Shown here piece after piece: positions 1 to 13,414 of a DNA stretch of 64,000 nucleotides. Source of the stretch: Tubulanus polymorphus (Eukaryota; Animalia; Nemertea); NCBI RefSeq assembly GCF_964204645.1, contig NC_134028.1:24548345-24612344 (forward strand), written 5' to 3'. Made by a program: the position numbers and the translations under genes. Position 1 is the first letter of the stretch. Every line of letters starts with the position of its first letter. The notes beneath the pieces were generated by a model, which was given only the letters and a program-made list of their open reading frames with translations, searched no databases and was not told the DNA's origin.

Positions 1-490
1 CTTCGTCGTCTGTCGTAATTATGTAATATCTGCCCGTAGCAGCGGAGAATCTTGCGTCGTGTTTATTGAATGGTCGCGCTGCAGTCAAGCGGAGATAAAC
101 GATATAAAAATGTCGACCTTTATGAACTGTAGAGGTTTCCGCTGTTCGAGATTAAACTGGGGCTTCGCTTTCTGAGCAAATCGTTATTAGCTTATCCCTG
201 ATAAGAGACGCGACCTTGAAGGTGACCTCATAACTGAGGAACGGGGTCGAAAAGATGTCTCGACAAACATAAGCTAGGGAACTAAACGCGTGGTAATTTT
301 AGAGTTTGAGTTTGAGCCTGAACCCGAGGATAGTCATCGCCTATGGCTTGTTTTGAACCGTGTCACCAATGAGTGAATTCTTTTTTCATTTATGCTCTAG
401 ATTTCTTCAGGCCGGCATCACGCCAGACCCGGGTCAATGGGGGGTTCTGTTCGAGCCTGAAGAACTGATGTCCGGTCCTGAACCTGTCCT

Positions 491-552
491 GTCCTGTGGC
501 ATGGTGGATAAGGTGTCTGACTCACGACTGAGAGGTTGAGGGTTGGAATCCT
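491..552 (+). mobile_element. tRNA-derived SINE-like head (degenerate)
   Basis: A-box-like TGGCATGGTGGATAAGG followed ~45 nt later by B-box-like GGTTGGAATCC; no intact cloverleaf seen; lies upstream of the first visible XYLT exon. Confidence 0.4.
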
Positions 553-1799
553 AGTGAAACCATGCATTCAGGCAGGACAGATATCAGTGCCGGTCGACTA
601 ACTGATTTAACAACAAAAGTCCATATGGTACCTGGCAAAAATCTGAAGTTGGTCAGTAATAAGTACAACTAGAACTAGAGAACTCCCCCTAAATATTGGC
701 GTTTAAGATGTGACTGACTACGAATGATTATGATACGATTACTAATTACTCAGTAATCAGCGTTTACGGCTGAATTGTAATTACGAATGAACAAATCAAC
801 TAGATTATTCCTATAGGGAATAGCTGTGATAGTTCCCTTGATTGAACTATTCACGCACTATTAGTCGCAGCGACTAACGACGTTGAATCGAAATCAATAC
901 GAGGACATCAAACGGTTTTAAAGTCTAATTTCGTCAATTGATGCGGGTTCGATAATTGACCCCTGCAAACTAGAAACGCGTATGAAATGAAGGATCATGT
1001 TTGCGACCGGCTGTCCGAGGCTCGCTGCGCGTACGCATTTTATTTCCTACGCTTTGATTAATAACCACGGCGACTATGGATTTAGCACTGCGCGTCGGAC
1101 GGCGGCGTCGCTGGATTCGCCTGATAACGATTATTTCATAAAAGATTCGATATAGCGGTCTCTGAACGGCGGTGAAGTAAGGCGATTACGCGTACGAGAC
1201 CCGGCCTGCCTGCGTGCGTGTGCGCGGGGCGGTGGCTGTCACTAAAACCCAGGCGTCACGGGATTAGTTTAGAAACTATAACATATCCATTAATGGTGTA
1301 ATAGTTTCAGAATGTGACAGCAGTGAGATCAGATACGCTAGACTGATCTATGAGAATTTCGTGTACACCAGGCTAACTCAATTATCATATCTGATTCGCT
1401 CGTGTATCTACTTAAATCTCGGCTCACATTCATTTCTTCAAGAAGACAGAAATTTTTTATCGTGAACATCGATTTTGATCACATTTCTTTCACTGAAATC
1501 TGAAACCGGATTCGTAAATTTAACTCAAAATCACAGATTTATAGTCACGTCCTGTAGTAAGGTATCTGTGTAGCCTGAAACGAGGGGTTCTGCCAGGGGG
1601 AAATTGTAAGATCATCTGGTATTCACCAGTCCAAAGCATAAGAAAATGGATGCTTACACGAGGCTAGTCGACCGTATCTGGTTCTTGGTCAAGTTCTAAG
1701 AATGACCGATGGTAATTTCAAACGAAAAATATGATAACCTCCTTATTGTGAAATGAAGCTCTACGAAAATAAAGATACAATTCGTGTTATGTATTTCAG

Positions 1800-4700
1800 A
1801 GACAAGATTATTTGTATCGAGAATTATACAGTTTAACGAAGGACTATCACAACGTGCGATTTACTCGGTGGAGAATGTCGACTATCTGGGGTGGCGCTAG
1901 TTTATTACAGATGTTGTTGCGTTGTATGAATGACTTGATGAACATGAACGACTGGTCGTGGGACTTCTTCTTGAATCTTAGCGAATCGGACTTCCCGATT
2001 AAGTAAGTCTGATTCGAGATCTCGTTCCATAGTTCTCGGATTGAATTTGAACAAACGATGGAACTGGATCCGGTTCCTCGATCTCTGATGTAAGGCTTGA
2101 GTCTGCATGAATCGGTCTCGGTAATAATTAGAGAAAATGAACCATTGAATGAAGCTGTTGAAATTATTGTCCAAAGTTTAGCTCCGTTACAAGTTTATGA
2201 AATGTAGCAATCACTTCAGTTTCAATGTACAAAGTAGAACCTCGGAGACATGTTTATAGGGTCAGGGTCATACAGCGATAGTTTCATTTAGATTTCATAT
2301 CGCTTCCCCCTTGTGGTCAGTGATGATGTAGTATCATTAACTTCGTTACGTTGAGATTCATAGCTGGAGAGATATTCGTGATATAATTCTAGGTTATTCC
2401 GGAAAGATTGAAAATCAATACCATGCTCATATACATTATATATATAGAAGGTCTAAGGTCTAGTGAAATTGAGTTCACCAAATGCCACTAGCAAGTCCCC
2501 CTTAACCCTACTGGTATAAGAATACATCCAAAAGATAAAATCTCCGAGAGGATAAATGTTGTCATATTTTGCTGGTTTTAACCAAATCTGTCTCAATGAA
2601 AAGGGCAACCTCAGTGGGAAGGCTCCGGAACCCTGTGGCCACCCCCCAAATCCGCTCCGATCCAGCAGTCAGATTAGATCAAGTGTATCATTAGAAAAAT
2701 TATATCCATCCTCCATTGGCTGGTTCCCTGGCAACATCAACATGCGAATATTTACATTTCATTGTTGTGTTTTTTGTTACAGGACGATTGATGAACTGTC
2801 AGCATTTTTAACCGAACACAAAGATCGAAACTTTGTCAAATGTTTCGGCAAGAAAGCATCTGAGTATGTATCCATATCATAGAACCCTGTACAGTTCAAA
2901 CCTCGTACATTACCATAGTTGCCTGCCAATTCATGTGATGACGACCCATCAAACTGTTGCGGAATCATAGAAACTATCCAGTGAGATCCGACGCAAGCAG
3001 ACTGTACAAATATTTATACAATAGCAGTAGCCGGTTTAGACAAATGCCGGTTTTCTGGCATTGACAAACAGTAGAGACAGAAAATGTTTTTGTTATTCTA
3101 CCAGTTTGAATGGATTTCCCAAGAGACTGCTATAGGCGGAATCTACTGTATTGGATTTGTCTTCTAAAACTACTGAGACTGGGCTTGAGATTAAGAATAT
3201 TCAACACCTCTAGCCCCCCTCTCCCATTCCTAGTACTGTCTATAGGTCGAGGAGGTTGCAGTTTCCATATATGAATAATTTCAATCAGATATTGAAAAGT
3301 TGTCTCGCGCAAATGATTTTCAAGTGATCTTTTTCTATTTGACAGTTTCATCCGTAAACAAGGTTTGGATAAGACATTCTACGAGTGCGACACTCATCTG
3401 TGGAGACTGGGTACGAGAGATCTACCAAGCGGAATTCGAATTGACGGAGGCAGTGATTGGGTGACGTTGAATCGAAGGTTCTGCGAGTACGTTCTCTCCG
3501 ACGCTGATAACCTGATCATCGGTCTGAAACAACTCTTCAAATATACTCTCTTACCCGCTGAGGTGAGTTCTGATAGATTTTCAGGGTATTTCATGTATCA
3601 ATGGCTACAATGAATCTGGTCAGTGACACTAGTACATTGGGAATTATTACCCCTATATCTCGAAATATGTATCGGTCATCTCTCCTTTGCAAAAAGTGAC
3701 ATCGGTATTATTACCCCTAGCCTATGTCTGTAACTGTGTATCAGTCATCTCTCCCTGGAGAGAAGCGATATTGGTATTATTACCCCTAGCCTATGTCTGT
3801 AACTGTGTATCAGTCATCTCTCCCTGGAGAGAAGTGATATTGGTATTATTACCCCTAGCCTATGTCTGTAACTGTGTATCAGTCATCTCTCCCTGGAGAG
3901 AAGTGATATTGGTATTATTACCCCTAGCCTATGTCTGTAACTGTGCATCAGTCATCTCTCCCTGGAGAGAAGTGATATTGGTATTAATACCCCTTAGCCT
4001 ATGTCTGTAACTGTGTATCAGTCATCTCTCCCTGGAGAGAAGTAAAACTAGAGCCTGGATCTTTTTGCAAAGCTGTTAACAATCAATTTCCAATTCTTGA
4101 AACTGATCAGCAACTAATCATAATTTTGTTTTGTTAATGAAATCAAGGCCAGGGGCCCGTTTTACAAAGTGTTATTAACTTTGATAATAGATATCTCTAA
4201 TCATGATTAGTTAATTACACCATTGATAATGTGAACAGTAATTGATAATTAATGTAATGATAAACTGTTCAGTTGATTTATATTGTGTTTTTTCATTTTT
4301 CAGTCTTTCTTCCACACGCTGCTTCAGAACAGTAAATTTTGCAATACGGTCGTCGATAACAACCTTCACCTGACGAACTGGCGTCGCAAACAAGGCTGTA
4401 AATGTCAACATAAGAAAGTCGTTGACTGGTGCGGCTGTTCCCCTAATGATCTCAAACCTGGCGACTTCAAGAAGGTTTTGGTAAATTGACATTTCGTAAG
4501 CTTATCTTCAAAATTAGAGCAAAGTTTCTGAAACAAAGCTCTTTGAGGGAAAGATAGCGCCTGAATAGATCATCCTCATAGATAAAATCATCACCGAGCA
4601 CGTTTTATTAGCAATTAACTCCAGATATAAAGGCATAAAAGATTGTTAATTTGATTATATTCATGTCTCCCAATCTATGTCTATGTGGGGATACATTCTA

Positions 4701-6877
4701 TTTTAGTCACTGTGCCACATCCCCTTGAGACCTTGTTAGCACCATGCAGCCTGCAATTCTTGGTGGTTTATTTTCAAACTTGATGTAGGAATTGGAGCAG
4801 CTGAGATGTCCGGCCCTTTTGAGAGCCATCTGAAATGGCCACTAGGCTGGCCATCTTGAATTTCTTGGTAGCATGACACAGGCTTCTTTCTGATTGAGGG
4901 TTTAGGTAGATAAGATGTCTAACCTTTTGACGATGGGGGTTATTGGCCTTCAAATATGGCCACCAGGGCGACCATCTTGAATTCCTTGTAAGCATGATAC
5001 CGACTTGAACCAACAATTCTTACCGAGTTAATTAAAAATTTAGCACACCGCCATTTTCTACGAAGTATGCAATACCTCAGTATGTTACGTACCTGTCTTT
5101 AATGTTCAATAATAATGAAAGCGTTGTTATTTCTATTCGATAGAACACTCAGCCTCTGCCGACTTATTTCGCTCGTAAATTTGAAGCGATCGTCAGTCAA
5201 GAGATAATCAATCAGATCGATCACTTGTTGTACGGCCGCGAAGACAACGGTAATTTTCATACATTTTCACATCAGGTTTATACGCGTTCACAAGCGGAAC
5301 AGTTAAATAAGTGTCCTGGGACCAGTTCCACAGTTCTGAGTTAAGATTTGACTCTGAGTTAACTCATTGAAAATGAACTAACTTTAACTCAGAGTTAACA
5401 ACTGTGGAACTGACTCCTGTTCTTTTATTCTACGTAATTCCCTTTCTCATTGATTATTTATGTGTGTTTTATATTATGAAACGATTATTTCAGCTCAGAT
5501 GTCGCGAGTTCTCGATTCCTACTGGCAGAACGAATGGCACCATTTAGATACACGAAAGTCGGACTCCGACGCGAAATTGTCATATTTCCGAGCGTTTATG
5601 GACTTGAGTCTTGACGATTTGAAAAGCGATGGTAAACGATGCGACGTTCTGCCCAATTCACCGCTAGAGATGAATGTCTATTCGAAAGCTGACAGCGTGC
5701 GAGGGATATTACTGTTCTATGACGTCAGGAATGTCGCGATCAGAAAGAAATATCGAATAGAAACGTGGCTTCAAGAAAAGACTTATTACCATTTGTCAGA
5801 CGTACAAGACGAGCCGGCCGGTCGCATTAAACAACTGAAGGTAACGATTCTCTCCTCGGTGGGGGATGCCCCCCTCAGGTTTCAGAAAAATATACGAAGA
5901 TGCAATTTGCGAGAGTATTGGTGTCAAATTTGAATGATTTGATGATCGTAATTTTCAAAAAAGGGAAAGACGTTTATATTTAGTAAGAGATTAAGCAGGG
6001 AGAGCCGGTGGGGTTTCCCCTACAGTTTTAGAAAGTTTGACAAAAAGATACAATTTCTGATAAGTGTAGAATTTTCAAATCTTGTGTAAAATTTTCTGAA
6101 TTTTCTTTAGAATCTGCCTCGATGAAAACTGCAACTTCAGTTAGAAATGACAAGGCTCTGGTCCCCCTCTAAATCCAGCCCCTAAATCGAATAGTCTTAC
6201 ATTTTTAGGTCGGTACCGACTTCGATCCGAAAGAAGAAATATTTCGCAACTTTGCGTCGATCATCGGGCCGTACAGTGAGATAGTGTTAGTGCACAGCTG
6301 GGGCGCCGGCGAGAAATTCACGGCTACGTTCGTCTGGATCGACCCAACCGACCGACTGATCGCGGCGTTCGACATCGCCATCAAAAACAAAATGCAGCAC
6401 ACAACGGTTTTCAATCCGAACTTCCAACAACCAATTTTACCCGGCGTCTGGAAGGTGCGTCTGCTTTATCAGTGGAAGGTCGTCGCGGAGACGACGTTCC
6501 TGGTTTTACCTTTAGCCACCGTGCACGGTATTGATGTAACGCCGCGCGAAGCGTACATCTCGAACTCCGGTCATTTAGACGCGTTCATGTACACGGGGAG
6601 AAACTTTTCAAAAGTCGCGTCGTTTTTAGGCTTGGAAGAGCATAAAAATACGATAAACGATATCACGAAAAACGCTCGAATCTACGGCGGCCGGTTACGA
6701 AAATATATCGCGCAGCTAGCGCAGCCGTATTGGTCAGTGAAATCTAGTTGTTACCACGGAGAGAAACCTCCATGTTCGGATATGACGGCGTGTGAACTCA
6801 GTCCGTGGAGTTCGCGTTATCCGGATTTAAAGTCTGAACTAAAACCGATTGATCCTCTCAATGGTCGAATACGATGA
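1800..6877 (+). CDS. XYLT: Protein xylosyltransferase (XYLT1/2, oxt/sqv-6 family), 3' portion; 5' exons not found in the window
   Basis: Phase-consistent GT-AG exons 1800-2002, 2783-2863, 3346-3562, 4304-4480, 5144-5249, 5494-5840, 6209-6877. Family motifs [91 protein letters not shown]-terminal [12 protein letters not shown]...GRIR. AATAAA near 6943. Confidence 0.96.
3700..4042. repeat. 69-bp tandem repeat, ~5 copies, in a XYLT intron
   Basis: Unit GGTATTATTACCCCTAGCCTATGTCTGTAACTGTGTATCAGTCATCTCTCCCTGGAGAGAAGTGATATT; gives the 23-aa period of ORF 3687..4010. Confidence 0.95.
5316..5419. mobile_element. Small palindromic MITE-like element
   Basis: Inverted ends CAGTTCCACAGTT / AACTGTGGAACTG with internal inverted CTGAGTTAA / TTAACTCAG. 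Looser relatives near 2020-2070, 44330-44495, 48017-48190, 55893-56160 and 59265-59470. Confidence 0.65.
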
Positions 6878-7912
6878 CACTTGGTTTCCATAGACAAGTG
6901 ACTATCTACGTAATACAATTGAAGAAAAAACCCACAATACTTAATAAAACTAATAAAAGATTTTGACAATCGCCGTTTTAGAAACATTTTCAAAATATTT
7001 TGAAAATGGATCATAGCCTTTGATTCAAAACGTCGAAATCCTCCTTTAGTTTCTACATTGAAACGCTTTGTCCTCATCAGATAAGTTATCTCTATTTGTT
7101 CTTAATTCCCAATTTGTGTTATTTCAGTTCAATTTACTAAGGGTAAGCTGTCATCAAGCATAGAGATTGTCCGAGGTATGACAACGACTATAGGGGTGTT
7201 TCACTGTACTTCGTGTTGTGGGTTTTTTCTTCACAATGAAAAAAATTGTTATATGATATATATTGCATTTTCTAATCTCAGTAGTAAATTGCGTCTTACT
7301 CAGTAGCGTCAGTTTAGACTGTGAATATTTCATTTCGAGTAGAGAATCGGGGAAATACCATTTCACGCGAAGGACTTGACCGGTACCGAGTAAGGCGCAG
7401 TCTACTTGAAGAAATTCTTTCCGGCTTCAGATCACCCATTTCAAGGTGTGTGAAGAGTCAGAGCCGAGTTATATTTGGCCCATACCTAGTAAGAGTGTGT
7501 TCACACACTTACATCACTTACTCAAATGCTTTCAAAACGATGCAGTGGTAAGCACCGTAAGCAGAGGCACTTCCAGAACCACATAGCATTCACATGGAAT
7601 AAATTGACCCGTGTTAAAATTTGGCATAGGCCTGGTGTGACGTGTTTGGTCGGACCATATTTGGCCTGCGTCACTCAGGCGCAAACCCATGGCCTCAGTC
7701 AAAAACACTTGTATAATCAAGATTTTGTGCTCCCTAAGGAGTAGTTAAATATACAATGCTCAATATACGTATTTTAAACTCTTTTCCTGAGTACAGGTAC
7801 TTGACTCATTATGGAAGAGATGAAACTTGATAGATTTGAAGACCAGATCTAGTAAATATGTTCAGTAATCACCCGAGTGAGATACAAGTTGTAAAAGTGT
7901 GTGTGTGTACAC

Positions 7913-8235
7913 AGGAACTATTCATAAAATACATATGCATCAAGAGGGGAGGGGGTAGATATTCCTTAAAATGGAAAACATGAGCAGACCCGACTACACC
8001 ATATCTGCTGTAGACCAGACTACACAATATCTCTCATTGTAGTTTTCACCAAAACAAAAATGAGTTATTTTTGTCTATAATAGTTTAATTGAAAATGAAC
8101 TAGGAGTATTTTGATGTTTTTGGGAGTAGTTGAGCTCTTAAAGAGTAGAAACTACTCTCACATAGTAGCCGTAGTCTAGGTTTGAGAGGGAGAACTTCAG
8201 CAAAATTTTGCGTATGTATTTTGTGAACGGTCCCT
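7913..8235. mobile_element. MITE-like element with ~27-bp terminal inverted repeats
   Basis: Left AGGAACTATTCATAAAATACATATGCA; reverse complement of right end AGGGACCGTTCACAAAATACATACGCA; no coding capacity. Confidence 0.65.
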
Positions 8236-8513
8236 CAGTTGATGACACTTATATTATCTGACTACGGTGATAACATTTAGTTCCATAGTTTAAACGAGAT
8301 CTCAAAATAGATTATTGTTATGTTGCTCAAACTCGATAAATGTAATGAAATTAGTTGTTGATTTGAACTGTGATTGTTCAACACAAGTATTAAAGAGAGA
8401 ATTACCAATCGGCATTCTTCAGAGTTATCGCATCAAATATTTTCCCGAAATCAAAAGAGTATTTTAGATTTATTTAGTTGTATTTTTACCGGGGTATGGG
8501 TAAGTATTCTCTA

Positions 8514-8690
8514 CAGCGGAACTTCTGTTATAACGAACTCGGATACAACGATTCATCATTGCATTTAACAAATATAGAATTTCGTCTTAAGTAAGACAAT
8601 TTAATTGATTCATACTGGATATAACAAACTATCGGTTATAACCAACAGATGTTTTGGTCCCTGGAAATGTGTTGTAACAGGGTTTCACTG
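8514..8690. mobile_element. Tc1/mariner/pogo-type MITE-like element
   Basis: TA|CAGCGGAACTTCTGTTATAAC ... GTTGTAACAGGGTTTCACTG inverted termini, with internal GTTATAAC/GGATATAAC subrepeats. Confidence 0.6.
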
Positions 8691-8867
8691 AATGTTTATG
8701 TTGAAAGGTACAGTGAATTTTTTGTCACATACATCGAAGGCAAAAGTTGTCAAAAAATGTTGCATTTGTTTCATTCATTTACCATTTGAAATTATAGATT
8801 TACATGTGCATTCATTTCAAGTGGCACAACTGGCTGAAGTAACAAATGTTTTACAGGTATCATTCTG

Positions 8868-9133
8868 CAGCCTGGACCCTGCGCCCCTCAGATATTTGAT
8901 ACATTATCAACATTCCAATTATTGATTGTCCAGGCTTTTGCATGTAATATGGGCTTCACGTGTGACTTAGTGAATTGAAATGATGTGCAAATTACAGACT
9001 TAAGACATTTTATTATCAGCAAACTTTCAAAAACTGATCGTCCACACTTCTCATGCGTTCAGTACTTCACGAAAGATATTTAAATTGAAAAGTACTACAA
9101 ACACCAAACTCTGAGGGGGCAAGTTCAGGGCTG
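8868..9133. mobile_element. MITE-like element with imperfect terminal inverted repeats
   Basis: CAGCCTGGACCCTGCGCCCCTCAGA versus reverse complement of right end CAGCCCTGAACTTGCCCCCTCAGA. Confidence 0.5.
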
Positions 9134-10060
9134 TAGATTTATACCATATCCACATTGGTGGTTGACCTCGAAGTACTTATTAAAATCACTCTCATTCATT
9201 ACCAAAAACTATCTATGATGTATATCTATTATTATTGCTTATACTGAAGCAGTTCTGAACACAGCTGCTAAATACATTTAGTTCAAATATACATTAAATA
9301 ATAACGAATGTAAGAGCAGTCATAAAATGACTACAATTGTTTATATATAAATCATGTAATAGACGGACGACGGGCGACGTCCCTTTGATAAACGCGTATA
9401 TGTGGATTCTAGAAAATGTATTTTTAACTGAATCTGACTAGCTGATGTCAGAATAAAATGACGTCAGAGTACGTCCGGTTTGAGACTTTGTGGGGGAAGT
9501 TCCGGAAACATTTGATCAAATTGACTACTGCGACTGGGGTGGGTGATTCTAGAATTTAAAGAATTTGTGGATTTTCTATCTTGATTGAGTCGTTGAATAT
9601 TTTACAATGAACCGCGTTGGTCAAATGATTTTAAAATCGCCTTAGCAATGAGATTGAATTTAGGAATAGGGTTCAACCGGACCCGCACCGGTTCGACTCC
9701 CAGGGAAATACGCGCATGCTTGAAGTGAGCAGTCAAATCTGCGCCACAGCACTGATTAAGTTCATTTTTTTCGTTCGACATTTGAATTACACAAGGATGC
9801 GGGATCCCACCATACGATCGAATTGCCATCGAAAAACTTGCAGGAGCATGGACCCAGCTCTCGCAGAGAGGCGCGGAAACATCACGGTTGGCAAAGAAAT
9901 TGCCGGTCACCGCCCCCTCTCACCAAAGGAAACTGGTACTGCTGGCCACGTGCGCCACTTATTTCGATGCGAAATCCAGAAAAAAAAAAATTTAGAATCT
10001 TTGGTTCTTTGAGGAAAGCTTGATCCCATGGGTATAGTAAAAGAATAAGAAAAAGGAAAT

Positions 10061-10313
10061 TCTTTTCAACTGATTTATTTTATTATAGCGCCTAACACTT
10101 TTTCTGCCAAATTTCTGGATATTTTTCTCACAGAAATAAATATTTTTTTCGCACATTTGTGATGCATATTTTGTTGTGTCCTTAATTTTGTTCTCACAGA
10201 ATTCGTCTTCTTTGAAATGTGAATTGCAATTTGCAATGCCAAGAGGCTGTTAACTTCCAGGTTGTACTTGCAGTTCACCGCTGTTATCGTCTTGGAATGA
10301 ACCTGCTGGACCA
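10061..10313. repeat. ~250-bp direct repeat, copy 1 (copy 2 at 34209-34449)
   Basis: Aligns by eye with scattered substitutions and one ~10-bp indel; shared core CTCACAGAATTCGTCTTCTTTGAAATGTGAATTGCAATTTGCAATGCCAAGAGGCTGTTAACTTCC. Confidence 0.92.
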
Positions 10314-11279
10314 TCGTCAGGTGAACCCACCTGATGATGATCTCTAGGGTGAGATTGAAATGTCGTGTATTCTATATATTTTAGATTGAATAAATAAATT
10401 CTTGTTTTTAAATTCTTTTAATCTGTAGATAGTGGGTTTTTATCTTATTATCCGTTCACCACATTCGAGTGTGGCTATCGTTCTATTGGATTAGATATTC
10501 ACTTGTCATAGATGATTTAATATATACGTAATAAGAATTAGAAATCACATATTATAGGAAATGGATTTTGAAATGCGTTAGATTTAAGTCTTAAGTCACA
10601 CAGTGAATAATTTTTGGATTTACAAAGAAAAAACTTCTCCCTGGAAAATATATAAGATACGAGTTTATTTCCACTTTTATATTTCAAAAAATCTCATAAC
10701 CAAAAAATTCGCCCGCCCTCGTCATGTCCGGCGAGAGAGGTTTGGATGAGAAACAAGTATCAACTTTGAGGGGCCTAATTTACTCCTAAATTCGGAGAGG
10801 GGGACTGTTGGGAATCAAGTAATTTATTTTTTGCCATGGCCTTATTAAAGTTCCACAATATTGTATAGCTGGCTACTGGCGCGTGTTCAACCCCCGTGCA
10901 GGAACCTAAGCTCAATGTAAATCCATTCAACAATAGAGACACAATTGCGGCTATTCAGGGTTGTTGATATCATTCATACGCGCTATTGAATACGTCACCG
11001 GCTGACCACGGTATGTATTAAGCATAGGAAACCATTCATTCACCTCTGCACACTCACACTGTGAACATGCTACCGTGGATTCTCCTCCTGGCGATTTTCG
11101 CTGCGCTCCCGCTCCTGCTCCTGTTCCTGCTTCCTGAGGAACGACGTCTTTATGTTTTATGTGTTACTGTTTGTCTCTGTGCTGTCCTGTACTGTTCCGT
11201 GTTAATTAATCTGTTCTATTTTTCAGCAATTAACCCGTTTTGTTTTTCAGGGCCGATTTCTCTGTCGAATTTCAACGTT

Positions 11280-11445
11280 TGCTGGAACAAAACTAATGTC
11301 CGAAAGCGTCAGCTCTCCTTCGCCGGTCATGTGTCGAGGATGTCAGACAAAGAGTCGGTCAGGAAATTCTGCCCTCTACACGCCCTCATACGGAACACGA
11401 AAACCAGGATGACGAGGCCTCACTGCCCCCACCTATCTACAAAGT
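11280..11445 (+). mobile_element. Non-LTR retrotransposon (RTE-like) C-terminal remnant, copy 1
   Basis: Translates as NVRKRQLSFAGHVSRMSDKE and, after a frameshift, ALYTPSYGTRKPG; resembles the RxRxLxFxGHxxR...GxRxxGRP region that follows the RT domain of RTE-like LINEs. Recognised from memory, not searched. Confidence 0.55.
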
Positions 11446-11544
11446 GTGCTGAGTGATGTCAATGACGGGCATATCTGTGGGATTGCGCGGGATACAAGTG
11501 GAGCGGTTATACTGGATTGTCACGCTACTAGCATTCATTGTGTC

Positions 11545-11795
11545 CTTGTGACCGCCCGGATGAGGGATGATTCTACTGTCACGCTCTTTGTTTCTGGTAT
11601 TCTGAGTCGACTGAGGGATGATTCTACTGTCACGCTCTTTGATTTCTAGTTTGAGTGCTAGTTTTCATTGTGTCCTTGTGACAACCTCGGTCAGTGGATG
11701 AAGTCTCTTGTCGGCTTGTGAGTGCTAGTTTCATTGTGTCCTTGTGACAACCTCGGTCAGTGGATGAAGTCTCTTGTCACGCTTTTGAGTGCTAG
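11545..11795. repeat. Short tandem duplications between the two LINE remnants
   Basis: GAGGGATGATTCTACTGTCACGCTCTTTG x2 and GAGTGCTAGTTTCATTGTGTCCTTGTGACAACCTCGGTCAGTGGATGAAGTCTCTTGTC x2. Confidence 0.85.
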
Positions 11796-11894
11796 TTGAG
11801 ATCTTGAATCTCAACCCGGTCAAGCTGGTTGTACTGCGCTATTTGTGTTTCGTGCAATTTTTTAGGTGTGTCAGTTACTGACGTCACCCAGTAC

Positions 11895-12065
11895 ATCCTG
11901 CAGTTAGATGGGGAATGTGAGGCGTTGTCATTCTGGTTTTCGCGTTCTGTGTGAGGGCGTGTAGAGGGCAGTATATTCCTGGCTGGCTCTTTGTCTGGTG
12001 TTCTCGGCATGTGACCGACGACGGAGAGCTGAAAAGCTTTCGAACATTAGTTTTGTTCCGTACCA
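11895..12065 (-). mobile_element. Non-LTR retrotransposon remnant, copy 2, inverted relative to 11280-11445
   Basis: Reverse complement matches copy 1 (GGAACAAAACTAATGT.CGAAAGC, CTGCCCTCTACACGCCCTCA); ORF track shows NKTNVRK...CPLHAL on opposite strands. Confidence 0.6.
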
Positions 12066-13414
12066 GGTTTTCATCGCTCTTCTCTTTTTTTTCATTCCAG
12101 GACTCCCAAGAAGTTGAAGAAGAAGAAGATGGTAGAAGGCGACTACAGAAGATGCCGAAAAAAGAATAGTGAACTCCGCAATCTTGAAAGTTAAGTTGAT
12201 TCACATATAAATTAGGATTAATGATGAAGAAATGTGTGACTACAAAATGTTTTTCTTTTACTCAATTTCAGCTTCGACGACACCCAAGAAGACAAAGAAG
12301 TACTTCGATTTTGAAAAAAGATTAAGTAAAATCGACTGACGATCACACAACTATATCTGTACTTCGATTTCCAAAAAAAAATTAGACAAAATTATCTTCA
12401 TCCTTGTAAACTTTCGGACTACTTATATGAAAAAACAGACCAAATATTGTAAAATTATCGAAAAAAAATGATGTAAATTCGACCGACGATCACACAACTA
12501 TATCTGTACTTCGATTCCCGCCTGTTTCGCTCCTGGCAGGTGTGTCACAATTGTAAGGGACACCAACTCAAAAGTCAAACGAGAGCTCATCAACTAAGTT
12601 CTGCCGATTAGAGAACAGTGCACAGAAGGGAGCAATTTGGATGAAACTCAACCAACCAACTTAGGAGATCCTCCGATAATGAACCCAGCCATCATATTAG
12701 GTAATTTGATATTTGATACGAACTTAGAACATTTTAACCGATACTGAACCCAGCAAACTTGAAATGTGAGTTGATTTTTGGTGAACCTTCGGTTTGCCTA
12801 TGCAAATGGTCTGGAGAAGCAGTTTTCATTGAAAATGAATAGAGTACCGGTGTGTCAACAAGGCACAAACATTGGCTGTTGAACCAATAGTGTTGATTTT
12901 TGGTGTCATGGTTTGGCTTATAATGAATTCTCGAGCCCACAAAAATTTCATAGTGATCAAGTTATTTTTAGGGGACTTATTCTTGAAAAACACGTAAAAA
13001 CCCTGCTTTTTAGCACTAAGTAATGGTACGTTTTCATATATGAGAATTTGCATACTTGGAATTGAAATATATAAAAGTTCAATCCTTCGTAGAAGTGTTG
13101 CCGTTTTTTGTGCGACTCATCTTGATGTACTTTTCGACCTCAGGTCCTCACTTCATAAACCCCCTAAATTTTCTCGCTTCTATTTATCTGAGTTGACATC
13201 ATTACCTGAGCTACATTGAATGTAATTGGCTGTTTGTTGGATATTCCGGAAATTCCGGGAACTTCTGATGTAATTGGGAAAGCCCATTGGGAAAACCCAA
13301 TGTGGAACCCAAAACAAAATGGCGAGCATTTCATTCGACTAGGTATCGTATGTTCGCTTATAATTTGTTCGGTGTTACGAATATAACCGAGTAGGCTATT
13401 CTAGGTATATTGTT

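Noticed and set aside
3687-4010. 107-aa ORF with a 23-aa repeat
   Set aside because: Product of the 69-bp intronic repeat; XYLT exons join in frame without it.
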